DNA of 64,000 bases from Candidatus Puniceispirillales bacterium (GTDB lineage: Bacteria > Pseudomonadota > Alphaproteobacteria > Puniceispirillales > GCA-002684695): the NCBI GenBank assembly GCA_045565515.1, contig JBJLFF010000002.1, positions 3,154 through 67,153 of the forward strand, given 5' to 3'. Of this stretch, positions 9,164 to 18,929 are shown one piece after another. The notes beneath the pieces were generated by a model. It saw only the letters and a program-made list of their open reading frames with translations. It was not told where the DNA came from and ran no database searches. How positions within the stretch are numbered: the first letter of the stretch is position 1; the number at the start of each line of letters is the position of its first letter. The translations under genes were made by a program, and so were the position numbers.

Positions 9164-9248
9164 TCTCAGCCGCACCAAATACTCTCCATCATCTAGTGTA
9201 ACACGTTGATATATAAGCGTTGTAGTTTAATCGTCAAGGTGGTGATGT
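9164..9248 (+). repeat. 85-bp perfect inverted copy of tRNA-Leu 3' end plus downstream att arm (att-like site)
   Basis: TCTCAGCCGCACCA...GGTGATGT identical to the reverse complement of 11111-11195. Confidence 0.95.
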
Positions 9249-9249
9249 T

Positions 9250-9429
9250 ATGTCGGACGGACAATTAATATTTTGGAGTTTAGTAGTTTGTATAGTGGGT
9301 GTTAGTTGGTTTATTTATTCTGATTTTAAAGATGGAACAAGTGGGATTGGTTTTACGATTTTGGCTATTATAACAGTTATTGGAATGATTTGGTTGTTCT
9401 TTTTTAATGGTTTATTTCCGATAGGTTAG
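9250..9429 (+). CDS. 59-aa two-TM membrane protein (absent from ORF track)
   Basis: MSDGQLIFWSLVVCIVGVSWFIYSDFKDGTSGIGFTILAIITVIGMIWLFFFNGLFPIG*; AAGGTGGT RBS-like sequence upstream, inside the repeat. Confidence 0.6.
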   Translation: MSDGQLIFWSLVVCIVGVSWFIYSDFKDGTSGIGFTILAIITVIGMIWLFFFNGLFPIG

Positions 9430-9493
9430 AAATCTTTTCGTTGAAAAAAAGTTCTCTCAGAACTAAGAATATATAAGTTTATAATTAAAACTT

Positions 9494-9931
9494 TCACAAC
9501 TTATTACCCTTTAATTGAGAGTCATAATCTTCCTGAGCTTTTTTCTTTAGATTATCCCATTCTAAGTTGAAGGTAGATGTATCATTAAAAAGTCTACAAT
9601 TATTAGCAAATGGCACATATTTTTCTTCAAATGGTGAGTTATATTCTATTTCAAGTTTCTTGCGGTTTAATCTAAATCTACCATCGCCCCATTTAATATT
9701 TTTAATGTCAGTTAAATATTTCTCTCTTATTTTTACTACTTTAACTTTATCATATTCAAAATTCATATAAAAATAAGTCACCTTATCTTTACCAAATTGA
9801 ATCCCCATAAGCTTTTTATTGTCTTCTATTTTCTTACAGATTAGACCTTTTCCATCTACAGCATTACTCCAAACAGGAAGTGATATGAGAGAGAATAAGA
9901 TAAACGGAATGAGGAATAGTTTTTTTATCAT
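9494..9931 (-). CDS. Secreted hypothetical protein
   Basis: Signal peptide; DGKGLIC motif; 145 aa. Confidence 0.65.
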   Translation of the reverse strand: MIKKLFLIPFILFSLISLPVWSNAVDGKGLICKKIEDNKKLMGIQFGKDKVTYFYMNFEYDKVKVVKIREKYLTDIKNIKWGDGRFRLNRKKLEIEYNSPFEEKYVPFANNCRLFNDTSTFNLEWDNLKKKAQEDYDSQLKGNKL

Positions 9932-9962
9932 GCTTAGAGATTATCATAAATAATGTAGAACT

Positions 9963-11114
9963 CTATATTTTCTTAAGTTTCTCCATCCACTTATACTTTA
10001 TCTTCAAATCATATCCCTTTCCATATCCTTCACCTACACTCTTATTAGACCAACCACATATCTGGTCAATCAGTTCAGATGGACATTCAACTGCCCTTAA
10101 ACGGTCACGCATACTATGTCTTAGTCCATGAACCTGATAACAGTTAGTCAGTTGTTCTTTTAGCCATTTATTTAAAGTAGCACTTGCTGAATTAGAGTTG
10201 CATTTATTATGGTCGGTGTATCTAGGAAAGGCATAGATACTATCATTATTATTCTCTAATATCCTCTCACACGCCCATAAAGACAAACCTATCAAAGGAA
10301 CTTTTCTTTCACTTCCTTTTGTCTTTAATCTTCTCCAAGGATGAGGCTTGATTTTTACATAAGGGATTTCATTATTAAGATTAATATCACTTTTCAACAA
10401 ACCAACCCCCTCACCTAATCGCATTCCAGTATCACTTAATAAAGCCAACAACCATCTTATATCATCATCAATTTCAATACACTTATTTTGAAGTGTTTTA
10501 ATATCTTCATTTGGAATAGGCTTTCTCAAAGTAACTTTATCATCCTCAGGCATATAAGTTCTTGAAAAAGCATTATTACAATTTACTCCTTGCTCACTTA
10601 TGGTGAGATTGATTATTGCCCTTACTGAAGAAAACACTCTTTTAACAGTTCTTATGGTCATCCCTTTTTCTAGTAACCAATCTCGAAACTTCCCTGCATC
10701 TGATGATAAGTAAGAAGCTATTCCTCTATCACCTAAAACCTGAATAACATAATTGATATTCCTTGTTGCAGTTCTAACAAATACTTTATCTTTTCCTTGC
10801 TTCTTTAATCTCAAATAGAAATGAAGTGCGTCTGTTAGTTTAGGACTATCATCTTCAATATTTGATTGAACAAGATGAAGTGCAGGTATTTCTATATTCT
10901 GCAATCTTAATCCCAGCCAATAATCATCTAACCTCTGAGAGATTGATTTACATTTATGTTCTGCAACCCTCTTAGATTTAGTCTTTAAACTTAAAGAAAT
11001 ACGATTAGAGGAATAATGTTTATGAATATCTTTAGGTACTCTTCTTACGAAATAGTAAATATTATCTCTGCATTGTAAGTAATTAACATCATTTTTGTGC
11101 ATCATTTTGTACAT
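9963..11114 (-). CDS. Tyrosine recombinase/integrase with N-terminal DUF6538-like arm-binding domain
   Basis: YYFVRRVPKD N-terminus; catalytic TGMRLGE, LKT, HGLRH, GW, GYG; start moved to ATG 11114 after AAGGTGGT RBS. Confidence 0.92.
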   Translation of the reverse strand: MYKMMHKNDVNYLQCRDNIYYFVRRVPKDIHKHYSSNRISLSLKTKSKRVAEHKCKSISQRLDDYWLGLRLQNIEIPALHLVQSNIEDDSPKLTDALHFYLRLKKQGKDKVFVRTATRNINYVIQVLGDRGIASYLSSDAGKFRDWLLEKGMTIRTVKRVFSSVRAIINLTISEQGVNCNNAFSRTYMPEDDKVTLRKPIPNEDIKTLQNKCIEIDDDIRWLLALLSDTGMRLGEGVGLLKSDINLNNEIPYVKIKPHPWRRLKTKGSERKVPLIGLSLWACERILENNNDSIYAFPRYTDHNKCNSNSASATLNKWLKEQLTNCYQVHGLRHSMRDRLRAVECPSELIDQICGWSNKSVGEGYGKGYDLKIKYKWMEKLKKI

Positions 11115-11195
11115 CACCACCTTGACGATTAAACTACAACGCTTATATATCAACGTGTTACACTAGATGATGGAGAGTATTTGGTGCGGCTGAGA
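11111..11195 (-). repeat. att region at tRNA-Leu 3' end (partner of 9164-9248)
   Basis: Perfect 85-bp inverted match including the last 14 nt of the tRNA and the integrase RBS/ATG. Confidence 0.95.
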
Positions 11196-11269
11196 GGACT
11201 TGAACCTCCACGGATTATTCATCCACAGCGACCTCAACGCTGCGCGTCTACCAGTTCCGCCACAGCCGC
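11182..11269 (-). tRNA. tRNA-Leu(GAG)
   Basis: GCGGCTG/CAGCCGC acceptor stem, CAGCG-TT-GAG-GT-CGCTG anticodon arm, long variable arm, GGTTCAAGTCC, encoded CCA. Confidence 0.97.
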
Positions 11270-11342
11270 ACAAATTATTTGATTTCACACTATAACTAAC
11301 ATTACAATTACATACAACACAGAAAAATTAATGAGATTCTAA

Positions 11343-12029
11343 TTGGAAAACAATAAAATAAAATTTGGTAATTTTGGTAATTTTGGAAATGTTGATTGGA
11401 TAAAATCAGCACAACGAATAGACTATCAAAATTCATTTGATTGGATGCTTTCCTATGTAAAAAAAATTCAGATGGGCGATGCTAAAGAAGTTATATGGCT
11501 ACTTGAACATGAGGATATTTACACTGCAGGTACATCTGCAAAAGAAAACGATTTTAAAGGCCTCAAAAATATTAAAGTACTAAAAACTAATAGAGGTGGG
11601 CAATGGACTTGGCATGGTCCAGGGCAAAGAATTGTTTACTTTATGATGAATTTAAATAATAGAAAAACTGATGTTAGATGGTATGTGAATAAATTAGAAC
11701 AATTAATTATAGATACTTTAGAAGAATTTTCAATTACTGCAGAAAGAAGAGAAAAGTTACCTGGTGTTTGGGTAAAAAGAAAAATTAATTCCCAAGAAAG
11801 AATAGATAAAATAGGTGCAATAGGAATAAGAATAAGCCGCTGGATTGCATATCATGGTATTTCAATAAATATTAACCCCGATCTTTCTATGTATGATGGA
11901 ATAGTCCCATGCGGCGTAACTCAAGGAGGTGTTACTTCACTTGCAGATCTTGGAATAAAATCATCTATGAATGATTTTGATCAGGTTTTAGCTCATAATT
12001 TTGAAAATTTATTTGATAATCATATTTAA
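11343..12029 (+). CDS. lipB: Lipoyl(octanoyl) transferase
   Basis: LLEH..YTAG, RGGQWTWHGPGQ, KIGAIG, HG.SIN, IVPCG motifs. Confidence 0.95.
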   Translation: MENNKIKFGNFGNFGNVDWIKSAQRIDYQNSFDWMLSYVKKIQMGDAKEVIWLLEHEDIYTAGTSAKENDFKGLKNIKVLKTNRGGQWTWHGPGQRIVYFMMNLNNRKTDVRWYVNKLEQLIIDTLEEFSITAERREKLPGVWVKRKINSQERIDKIGAIGIRISRWIAYHGISININPDLSMYDGIVPCGVTQGGVTSLADLGIKSSMNDFDQVLAHNFENLFDNHI

Positions 12030-12395
12030 TAAATTAGAGATAATTTTAATACTTTTATTGGCATCATTAGACAGTTTTTTATAGTCATCATCATTACCTA
12101 ACAAACCATCTGTGGGACCTTCATGATGAATAACCTCATTTCTTTTTTGTCTAAGCCAATTAGCCTCACGAGAAGAGAATGCTGTATTAATCTCAACACC
12201 ACTTAAATTTTGAAAAACCTCTGAATTTTCATTTTTAATAACATCAATTAGTGTAGCAGATAGAATTATAGTGGTTAGAGAATTATCATTTTTAGATGCA
12301 GATATTAATTCTTTTACAATCAAAAAAGCATGAGGACCTAAGCGATATTTTAGGTCTAAAAAATTTTTCACAAAATATAAGTTTTCAAATCGCAT
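12009..12395 (-). CDS. Conserved hypothetical protein
   Basis: 128-aa ORF at the end of the operon; WLRQKRNEVIH (RxxxxH-like) motif. Confidence 0.65.
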   Translation of the reverse strand: MRFENLYFVKNFLDLKYRLGPHAFLIVKELISASKNDNSLTTIILSATLIDVIKNENSEVFQNLSGVEINTAFSSREANWLRQKRNEVIHHEGPTDGLLGNDDDYKKLSNDANKSIKIISNLLNMIIK

Positions 12396-12399
12396 TAAT

Positions 12400-13110
12400 T
12401 CAAATAATTCTTGGAAGTATGTCTAAAAATTCACAAGCTTCAGTAATTTCTTTTTTAATATTTTCTCTTCTCTCATTTGCAAAATCGTCACTGCCCCATT
12501 TATTAGATTGAAATAATTCTTCAAGCAATGCTAGCTCATATAGTTTATGTGAATTTATTTTTTTAAAATAGAAAGACAAACCAAGAATAAAAGATCCCGA
12601 TATACTCACTAAATGGGAAAAACTAGATAATGAAAAATGATCTAATTGATTTATAAGATTAATACATTTCAATAATTCTGGTTCTTTTTGATTTAATGGT
12701 TTCAATTCATAGTTAATGATTAATTTACAATTAAAGTTTTCATCAAGCCATTTTACTAATGGTTGCCACTCTTTTTCTTGTAATTTTGAAAGTTCACTAT
12801 CATTTCCAGAACGATATAAAAGCGTGTCCATACTCAAAATACTTTTTAAAGTTTCTATTACATCGTTCCTTTGATTCATTATTCTATCAACAGCTGTAAC
12901 TGAGTATGAATAAAAGGGCATTAATGAAGGGTTTATTTCATCCTGAACTTCATTCCATTCATCAAAAACTTTTTGACTTAAATAATAAGGAAGATTTAAT
13001 TTTTTATTCTTTGGAGTCTTTAACTCCTGATCATCTAAAAGAATTATACCTAAATTTTTTTCTTTATTTAAAGATACTTTTCTCCAAAATTTTTTGGCTT
13101 TGAAATCCAT
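12400..13110 (-). CDS. ATP12-family F1-ATPase assembly chaperone
   Basis: KKFW, LD...KTP, EW, DTLLYR, Q..WG motifs; typical alphaproteobacterial context. Confidence 0.9.
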   Translation of the reverse strand: MDFKAKKFWRKVSLNKEKNLGIILLDDQELKTPKNKKLNLPYYLSQKVFDEWNEVQDEINPSLMPFYSYSVTAVDRIMNQRNDVIETLKSILSMDTLLYRSGNDSELSKLQEKEWQPLVKWLDENFNCKLIINYELKPLNQKEPELLKCINLINQLDHFSLSSFSHLVSISGSFILGLSFYFKKINSHKLYELALLEELFQSNKWGSDDFANERRENIKKEITEACEFLDILPRII

Positions 13111-13111
13111 T

Positions 13112-13786
13112 TTAGATTGGAAGCACTATTTTAATTTTTTTGTAAAGTTCATCATAAGAACTTACAACTGACAAAGCACCATTATTAGACAAAGTTTCAG
13201 CATCATTAAACCCCCAGTTAACACCAATAAATTTTATACTACAATTTTTAGACATTAATGCATCGCTTATTGTATCACCTATCATGACTGTATTAGGTTT
13301 GGATACTCCAACTTCAGCAATAGAAGTTAAACCCATTTCAGGGTCTGGTTTAGGCTTTGTATCTTGAACCGTTTTAATCGTTGTAAAGAACTCTAATAGT
13401 TTATGCCTTTTCAGTCCTTCTAGTAAGCCTGTTCGGCTTTTATTTGTAGCAATACCTAGAATATAACCATCAGATGCAAGAACCTTAATAATTTTTCGTG
13501 CATCAGGATATAAGTAGTCATTAATTAGATCTTTCTTTGAGGCTTTATAATACCAATTTCTATAAGCCTCTAAAAGATTGGAATGTACTTTAGGATCTGA
13601 ATTTTTTGTTAAATCAGCAAATACTGGTAAAAGAGGTTTTCCGATATTAGTTCTAAGAATTTTATCAGAAGGAACTTCATATCCGTAAAATTCAAGTGCG
13701 TATTTAATACCAGTCAGAATTGCAGTTTCTGAATTTACAATCGTACCATCATAATCAAATAGAATAAACTTTGATTCAATTTTCAT
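13112..13786 (-). CDS. HAD-superfamily hydrolase (phosphoglycolate phosphatase-like)
   Basis: FDYDGT, ATNK, KPDP, MIGDT motifs. Confidence 0.9.
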   Translation of the reverse strand: MKIESKFILFDYDGTIVNSETAILTGIKYALEFYGYEVPSDKILRTNIGKPLLPVFADLTKNSDPKVHSNLLEAYRNWYYKASKKDLINDYLYPDARKIIKVLASDGYILGIATNKSRTGLLEGLKRHKLLEFFTTIKTVQDTKPKPDPEMGLTSIAEVGVSKPNTVMIGDTISDALMSKNCSIKFIGVNWGFNDAETLSNNGALSVVSSYDELYKKIKIVLPI

Positions 13787-14783
13787 TTTGTATAAACCTA
13801 TTTATTGATATTAGATACTGATCAAGATTTAAAAGTTTTAAAGTATTATTAAAATCATTATTCAACTCAGCATTTATAATATTTTTCATTTTATTTTTAT
13901 ATTTAAAAGACATTTGAAAACAGTGAAGTTTAAGAGAAGTATTTTTATTTTGATTATCATCTATTTTTAAAATACCTCCATATTTCCTGTCACCAAGAAT
14001 AGGATTACCTAAATGTGATAAATGAACTCTTATTTGATGAGTGCGTCCTGTTTTAGGAAATAATAATAATAATGAATACCCACTTGAATATCCAAAAACC
14101 TTGTATTCAGTAATTGATTTTAAACCATATTTTTGATCAACTAAAACTTTCTCTGCTTTACCAAACTGACCCTTAATTATTGGTAGGTCGATTATACCAG
14201 AGTTATTTTTAACTTTACCACAAACTATGGCAATATATATTTTTTCTATCTTATTAATTTTAAAGAGTTCTGATAACTCTTTTGCACAATTTCTATTTTT
14301 TGCGATTAAAAGAGCGCCCGATGTTTCAAGGTCAAGTCTGTGAACTAAATAATGTTTATCAATATTTTTAAAAGCGTGTTCAATTAGTCCATCAATATGC
14401 CTTATTATTTTACTACCACCCTGAACAGCTATACCAGATGGCTTATTTAAGGCAATAAAGTCACTTTGTTCTATGATTATACTCGATTTCATTAAGTCTA
14501 AATCAGCTTTTGACGGAGTAAATATATGTTTTAATTTAAGGTCATACTTTTGATCTTTTAATTTAGGAGGAATAGTAACCTTTTGAGCTGGTCTTAAATG
14601 ATAATTAGGTTTTGATTTTTTACCATCGACCCTAATACCGCCAGACCCTATAAGTTTTTCTAAATGAGATTGCTGGATCCCATTTATACTGAGTTTAATG
14701 AACCTATCTAATCTTATCCCATCATACTCTGCAGTAACCTCTAATACATCAGGTTGTATTTTTATGATTTTATTATTTAACAT
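13776..14783 (-). CDS. RluA-family pseudouridine synthase with S4 domain (RluC-like)
   Basis: RLDRF, NKPSG, VHRLD, TGRTHQIR, GDRKY. Confidence 0.92.
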   Translation of the reverse strand: MLNNKIIKIQPDVLEVTAEYDGIRLDRFIKLSINGIQQSHLEKLIGSGGIRVDGKKSKPNYHLRPAQKVTIPPKLKDQKYDLKLKHIFTPSKADLDLMKSSIIIEQSDFIALNKPSGIAVQGGSKIIRHIDGLIEHAFKNIDKHYLVHRLDLETSGALLIAKNRNCAKELSELFKINKIEKIYIAIVCGKVKNNSGIIDLPIIKGQFGKAEKVLVDQKYGLKSITEYKVFGYSSGYSLLLLFPKTGRTHQIRVHLSHLGNPILGDRKYGGILKIDDNQNKNTSLKLHCFQMSFKYKNKMKNIINAELNNDFNNTLKLLNLDQYLISINRFIQNEN

Positions 14784-14786
14784 AAT

Positions 14787-15686
14787 TTAATTTACACCTA
14801 ATATCCAACCTTCGATACTACTTGCGTCCATAATATGTTTTTTACTAAATGGATTTATAAAACCAATCTGATTTTTAACAAAATATTTCAAAGCCGCACA
14901 AGAAACTATTGCATCCATATCATCATTGTCATTATTTCCGATAGATAATTTTGAAGTAAACTTTTGATTATAAAAATCTAAAGTTTTTAAAAGCAGTATT
15001 TCTTCTCTTCCCTTTTTATTTATAGAGCTTTCTCCAGCAAAATGAAAATAATAACTAGGAAAGATTTCAGCTAAAACAATTTGAGATGATTTTAGATTTT
15101 TATAAGGATCAAATGGCCATATATGTGATTTTTTTTTTAATTTAGTTTTAATTTTATGCAAGAACCTCATACCAGCTAATGAGCCTGTTCCTACACCAGC
15201 TGGTCCTACACAATTGAAAGTTGGAGATGGAGATCGAATTTTTTTTGCAAAAATTTCAGTTAGCCTTCGTCTAGATTCAAAAAATTTTCCTCTTTTTATA
15301 GGTGAATTATAAAACTCACCGAATATTTTATCCTTCCAGATAGCTCCACCATATAAGTCGTCTTGATCTTCATTCTTAAAATCAATAAACTTCCACAGTT
15401 CCTCTGATGATTTTGGGGAGTTTACAATTAGATTTGAAAAGAAAGTTTCTTTATCTGTAAAAGGGTAAGAAAAAGCAAAATCAATTCCCACTAAAATTAC
15501 ATTTTCAGAAGCTAAGTTTATTATATAATCAAGGACGCCTTGCCTACTCCAATATTTTGTCCTTGGTCTAACAATTTCAATTGTATTAGTATTATTTGAA
15601 GATAAAGCAATTGCAATACCTTTATGACTTGTTCCTTTTGCACCACTCCAATCAATTCCTACAAAATAATCAAAAATCTTACTCAT
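14787..15686 (-). CDS. DUF429-like predicted RNase H-fold nuclease
   Basis: VGIDWSG, GIDFAF, HIWPFD, EIFPS, D.MDA, EGWI motifs. Confidence 0.6.
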   Translation of the reverse strand: MSKIFDYFVGIDWSGAKGTSHKGIAIALSSNNTNTIEIVRPRTKYWSRQGVLDYIINLASENVILVGIDFAFSYPFTDKETFFSNLIVNSPKSSEELWKFIDFKNEDQDDLYGGAIWKDKIFGEFYNSPIKRGKFFESRRRLTEIFAKKIRSPSPTFNCVGPAGVGTGSLAGMRFLHKIKTKLKKKSHIWPFDPYKNLKSSQIVLAEIFPSYYFHFAGESSINKKGREEILLLKTLDFYNQKFTSKLSIGNNDNDDMDAIVSCAALKYFVKNQIGFINPFSKKHIMDASSIEGWILGVN

Positions 15687-16956
15687 TTTTATTTCTTAAT
15701 TTATTCCACCAATTAAGTCTTTTTTTAATCTCTCTTTCATATCCTCTTTCAATAGGGTGATAGAAAGTCTTTCTTTTAACATTTTCTGGAAAACAGTTTT
15801 GTCCTGAAAAACCATTATCCGTTTCATGGTCATATACATATCCTTTTCCATAACCAAGATCTCTCATCATTTTTGTTGGTGCGTTCAAAATTGACATTGG
15901 AGGAGAGTTATATGGATTTTTTTTAGTAAATTCCAAAGTTTCTTTCCAAGCTTTATATACTGAATTAGATTTAGGGCACGTAGATAAATAAATAACCAAC
16001 TGTGCAATAGATAATTCTCCTTCTGGAGAACCTAAACGTTCAAATGCTTGCCAGCTAGAAATACTAATTTGAATAGCATTTGGCTCAGCAAGGCCTACAT
16101 CTTCATTAGCAAATCTAATTAATCTTCTTAAAATATAATTTGGATCTTCACCACTTATAATCATTCTTGCAAGCCAATATAAAGAAGCATCAGTATCAGA
16201 AGCTCTCAATGATTTATGAAGTGCTGAAATCAAATTATAATGTTGATCATTATTTTTGTCATAATCGATAGATTTTGAATTAAATAAATTTTTTAACTTC
16301 AGAGGAGTTAACTTTTCATGATTTGCTCCTAAGGATGCTAAATCTTCAATAAGATTTAAAAGATATCTAGCATCACCATCAACCATATTAATAAGAATTT
16401 CATAAGCATCTTCTGTCAGTGGAAGCTCAAAGCCATAATATTTTTCTGCTTTTATTTTTAATAAGTTTAAGTAATCATTATTTAGTTTTTCTAATTTTAT
16501 AATCTGACACCTAGATAGTAATGCTGATATTATAGAGAAAGACGGGTTTTCGGTAGTAGCGCCGATCAAACTAACAATACCTTTTTCAAGATATGGTAAA
16601 AAACTATCTTGTTGCCCCTTATTAAATCTATGAATTTCATCAACAAATAAAATAGTTTGCTTACCATTTAAAAAGTTTTTTTCTCCTTTTTCAAAAATGA
16701 CCCTTAAATCTTTGACACCACTAAGAACTGCCGAAATTTCAAAAGTTTCAATATTTAATTCATTGGATATTGCTTTTGCAATAGTAGTTTTACCGCAGCC
16801 AGGTGGGCCCCATAAAATAAATGAGGAAAGTATTTTTTTTTTAATTATACGTGATAAGACACCATCATTTGAAAGTATTTTTTTCTGACCTAAAATATTT
16901 TCAATTGACGTTGGTCTTAACTTTTCTGGCAAAGGTGTTAATATATCTGACATCAA
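15679..16956 (-). CDS. rarA: Replication-associated recombination protein A (MgsA)
   Basis: PL.E.LRP, GPPGCGKTT, DEIHRFNK.QQD, HYNLISALHKS. Confidence 0.95.
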   Translation of the reverse strand: MMSDILTPLPEKLRPTSIENILGQKKILSNDGVLSRIIKKKILSSFILWGPPGCGKTTIAKAISNELNIETFEISAVLSGVKDLRVIFEKGEKNFLNGKQTILFVDEIHRFNKGQQDSFLPYLEKGIVSLIGATTENPSFSIISALLSRCQIIKLEKLNNDYLNLLKIKAEKYYGFELPLTEDAYEILINMVDGDARYLLNLIEDLASLGANHEKLTPLKLKNLFNSKSIDYDKNNDQHYNLISALHKSLRASDTDASLYWLARMIISGEDPNYILRRLIRFANEDVGLAEPNAIQISISSWQAFERLGSPEGELSIAQLVIYLSTCPKSNSVYKAWKETLEFTKKNPYNSPPMSILNAPTKMMRDLGYGKGYVYDHETDNGFSGQNCFPENVKRKTFYHPIERGYEREIKKRLNWWNKLRNKNE

Positions 16957-17010
16957 AAATATGATGCATTATATTAAAAAAGTTGTATAGTACTTTGGTT
17001 AATTTTGTAT

Positions 17011-17436
17011 CTAAGCAGCAGTTTCTTCAGTATCAATTTGTTTAGGTTCATTTAATTCACCTGCTCCCTTAGCCGCTTCATCTCTATCAACTAATTCAAT
17101 AACTGCCATTGGTGCGGAGTCGCCATACCTAAATCCAGCTTTTAATACCCTTGAGTATCCACCACTTCTATCTGAATATCTAGGAGCTAGGATTCCAAAT
17201 AACTTAGATACCATCTCTTTATCTCTAATTTGATTAAAAGCTAATCTTCTAGCATGAAGGTTTGATTTTTTTCCAAGAGTAATGAGTTTTTCAATAACTC
17301 TCTTTAGCTCTTTAGCTTTAGGTAAAGTCGTAACAATTTGCTCATGTTTTATTAAAGCTTGAGCCATATTTTTGAAAAGCGATTTTCTATGAGAAGAAGT
17401 TCTATTTAATTTTCTTCCAGCTTGACGATGACGCAT
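17011..17436 (-). CDS. rplQ: 50S ribosomal protein L17
   Basis: [17 protein letters not shown]. Confidence 0.98.
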   Translation of the reverse strand: MRHRQAGRKLNRTSSHRKSLFKNMAQALIKHEQIVTTLPKAKELKRVIEKLITLGKKSNLHARRLAFNQIRDKEMVSKLFGILAPRYSDRSGGYSRVLKAGFRYGDSAPMAVIELVDRDEAAKGAGELNEPKQIDTEETAA

Positions 17437-17467
17437 TTTTTTTCCCTCGATATTCTAATTTAAAATT

Positions 17468-18484
17468 TTAGTATGGATCTTCATGTTTCTTAGCTAATTC
17501 CTCAATATTCTCAGGTGGCCAGCCTTCGACATCCATTCCTAATTCAAGTGACATAATTTTTAAAACTTCTTTAATTTCATTTAAAGATTTACGTCCAAAG
17601 TTTGGTGTTCTTAACATTTCTGGTTCTGTTTTTTGCACCAAGTCACCAATATATACAATATTATCATTTTTAAGGCAATTCGCTGACCTAACGCTCAATT
17701 CTAATTCATCCACTTTCTTTAATAGACTTCTATTGAAAGGAAGTACGCTCTCAGCATCTTCTTCAACCTCAGGTTCTGGTTCATCAAAATTAATGAAAGG
17801 CTTTAACTGCTCAGTTAAAATACGAGCGCCAAACGCAATAGCATCCTCAGGAGTTAAAGTACCATCAGTTTCAATATCGAAAAGGAGCTTATCATAATCT
17901 GTTTGTTGTCCGACTCTTGTATTGTCAACTCGGTACGCGACTTTTTTTATTGGGCTAAACAAAGCATCTATAGGTATCAGTCCAATAGGCATTTCGTCTT
18001 GAGTGTTAGAATTGGCCGGTATATAACCTTTTCCATTTTCAACTATAAATTCAACTTCAAGTTTTGCTCCTTTATCAAGAGTGCAAATATGGTGTTCAGG
18101 ATTCATAATTTCAAATCCAGCAGTTAGTTCAATCATATCAGCTGTTACTTTAGCAGGCCCATTTACATTTAACCTTAATCTTTTTGGACCTTCAACATCC
18201 ATTTTTAACGTAATCCCTTTCACATTAAGAACAATATCAGTAACATCTTCAATCACACCTGGTACTGTAGAAAACTCATGGAGAACACCTTGAACTTGCA
18301 TACCTGTTATTGCAGTACCTTGAAGAGATGACAATAATACCCTTCTCAGTGCATTGCCTATAGTAACTCCAAAGCCTCTCTCTAGTGGCTCAACATTTAC
18401 AGTTGCTGAGAATGGATTGTTATCATGATTTTTAATTTCAATTATGTCTGTATTAATTAGACTTTTCCAGTTTTTTTCTATCAC
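17468..18484 (-). CDS. rpoA: RNA polymerase subunit alpha
   Basis: [26 protein letters not shown]; GTG start after GGAG RBS. Confidence 0.98.
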   Translation of the reverse strand: MIEKNWKSLINTDIIEIKNHDNNPFSATVNVEPLERGFGVTIGNALRRVLLSSLQGTAITGMQVQGVLHEFSTVPGVIEDVTDIVLNVKGITLKMDVEGPKRLRLNVNGPAKVTADMIELTAGFEIMNPEHHICTLDKGAKLEVEFIVENGKGYIPANSNTQDEMPIGLIPIDALFSPIKKVAYRVDNTRVGQQTDYDKLLFDIETDGTLTPEDAIAFGARILTEQLKPFINFDEPEPEVEEDAESVLPFNRSLLKKVDELELSVRSANCLKNDNIVYIGDLVQKTEPEMLRTPNFGRKSLNEIKEVLKIMSLELGMDVEGWPPENIEELAKKHEDPY

Positions 18485-18524
18485 TATCAAAACTCCGTTG
18501 AATTAGTATTATAATTAATGAGTA

Positions 18525-18920
18525 TTATACTCTTCGTCTTTTTGGGGGCCTACATCCATTATGGGGTATAGGCGTAACATCTCTAATTGAGGTTATAGTA
18601 AAACCAATAGATTGGAGTGCTCGCAAAGCAGATTCTCTTCCTGAACCAGGCCCTGAAACTTCAACATCAACATTTTTTAAACCATGTTCTGAAGCTTTTT
18701 TTCCTGCATCCTCCGCAGCTAGTTGAGCTGCATAAGGTGTAGATTTTCTAGACCCTTTAAAACCCATCAAACCAGAAGATGACCAAGCAATAGTGTTACC
18801 CTGAACATCAGTGATAGTAACCATTGTGTTATTAAAAGATGAATTAACGTGTACTACACCATTAGTAATATTTTTTCTTTCTTTTTTTCTAACTCTAGCA
18901 GTTTGAACTTGTTTAGCCAT
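18525..18920 (-). CDS. rpsK: 30S ribosomal protein S11
   Basis: [27 protein letters not shown]. Confidence 0.98.
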   Translation of the reverse strand: MAKQVQTARVRKKERKNITNGVVHVNSSFNNTMVTITDVQGNTIAWSSSGLMGFKGSRKSTPYAAQLAAEDAGKKASEHGLKNVDVEVSGPGSGRESALRALQSIGFTITSIRDVTPIPHNGCRPPKRRRV

Positions 18921-18929
18921 AATAAATAC

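Larger units (their letters stand above)
1..11195. mobile_element. Integrative genomic island at tRNA-Leu(GAG) 3' end (left boundary outside window)
   Basis: Tyrosine integrase directly abuts the tRNA 3' end; duplicated tRNA 3' fragment at 9164-9178; ORFan-rich cargo; core genes resume at 11343. Confidence 0.85.

Noticed and set aside
11115-11153. N-terminal extension of integrase (MIYKRCSLIVKVV) in the ORF track
   Set aside because: Lies within the att repeat; the RBS position supports ATG at 11114
1-11195. Complete prophage or integron
   Set aside because: No structural or packaging genes; no IntI-type insertion recognised in the integrase and no attC-like palindromes between ORFs
11362-11390. 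9-bp tandem repeat encoding FGNFGNFGN at the LipB N-terminus
   Set aside because: In-frame micro-duplication in a variable N-terminus; no functional signal
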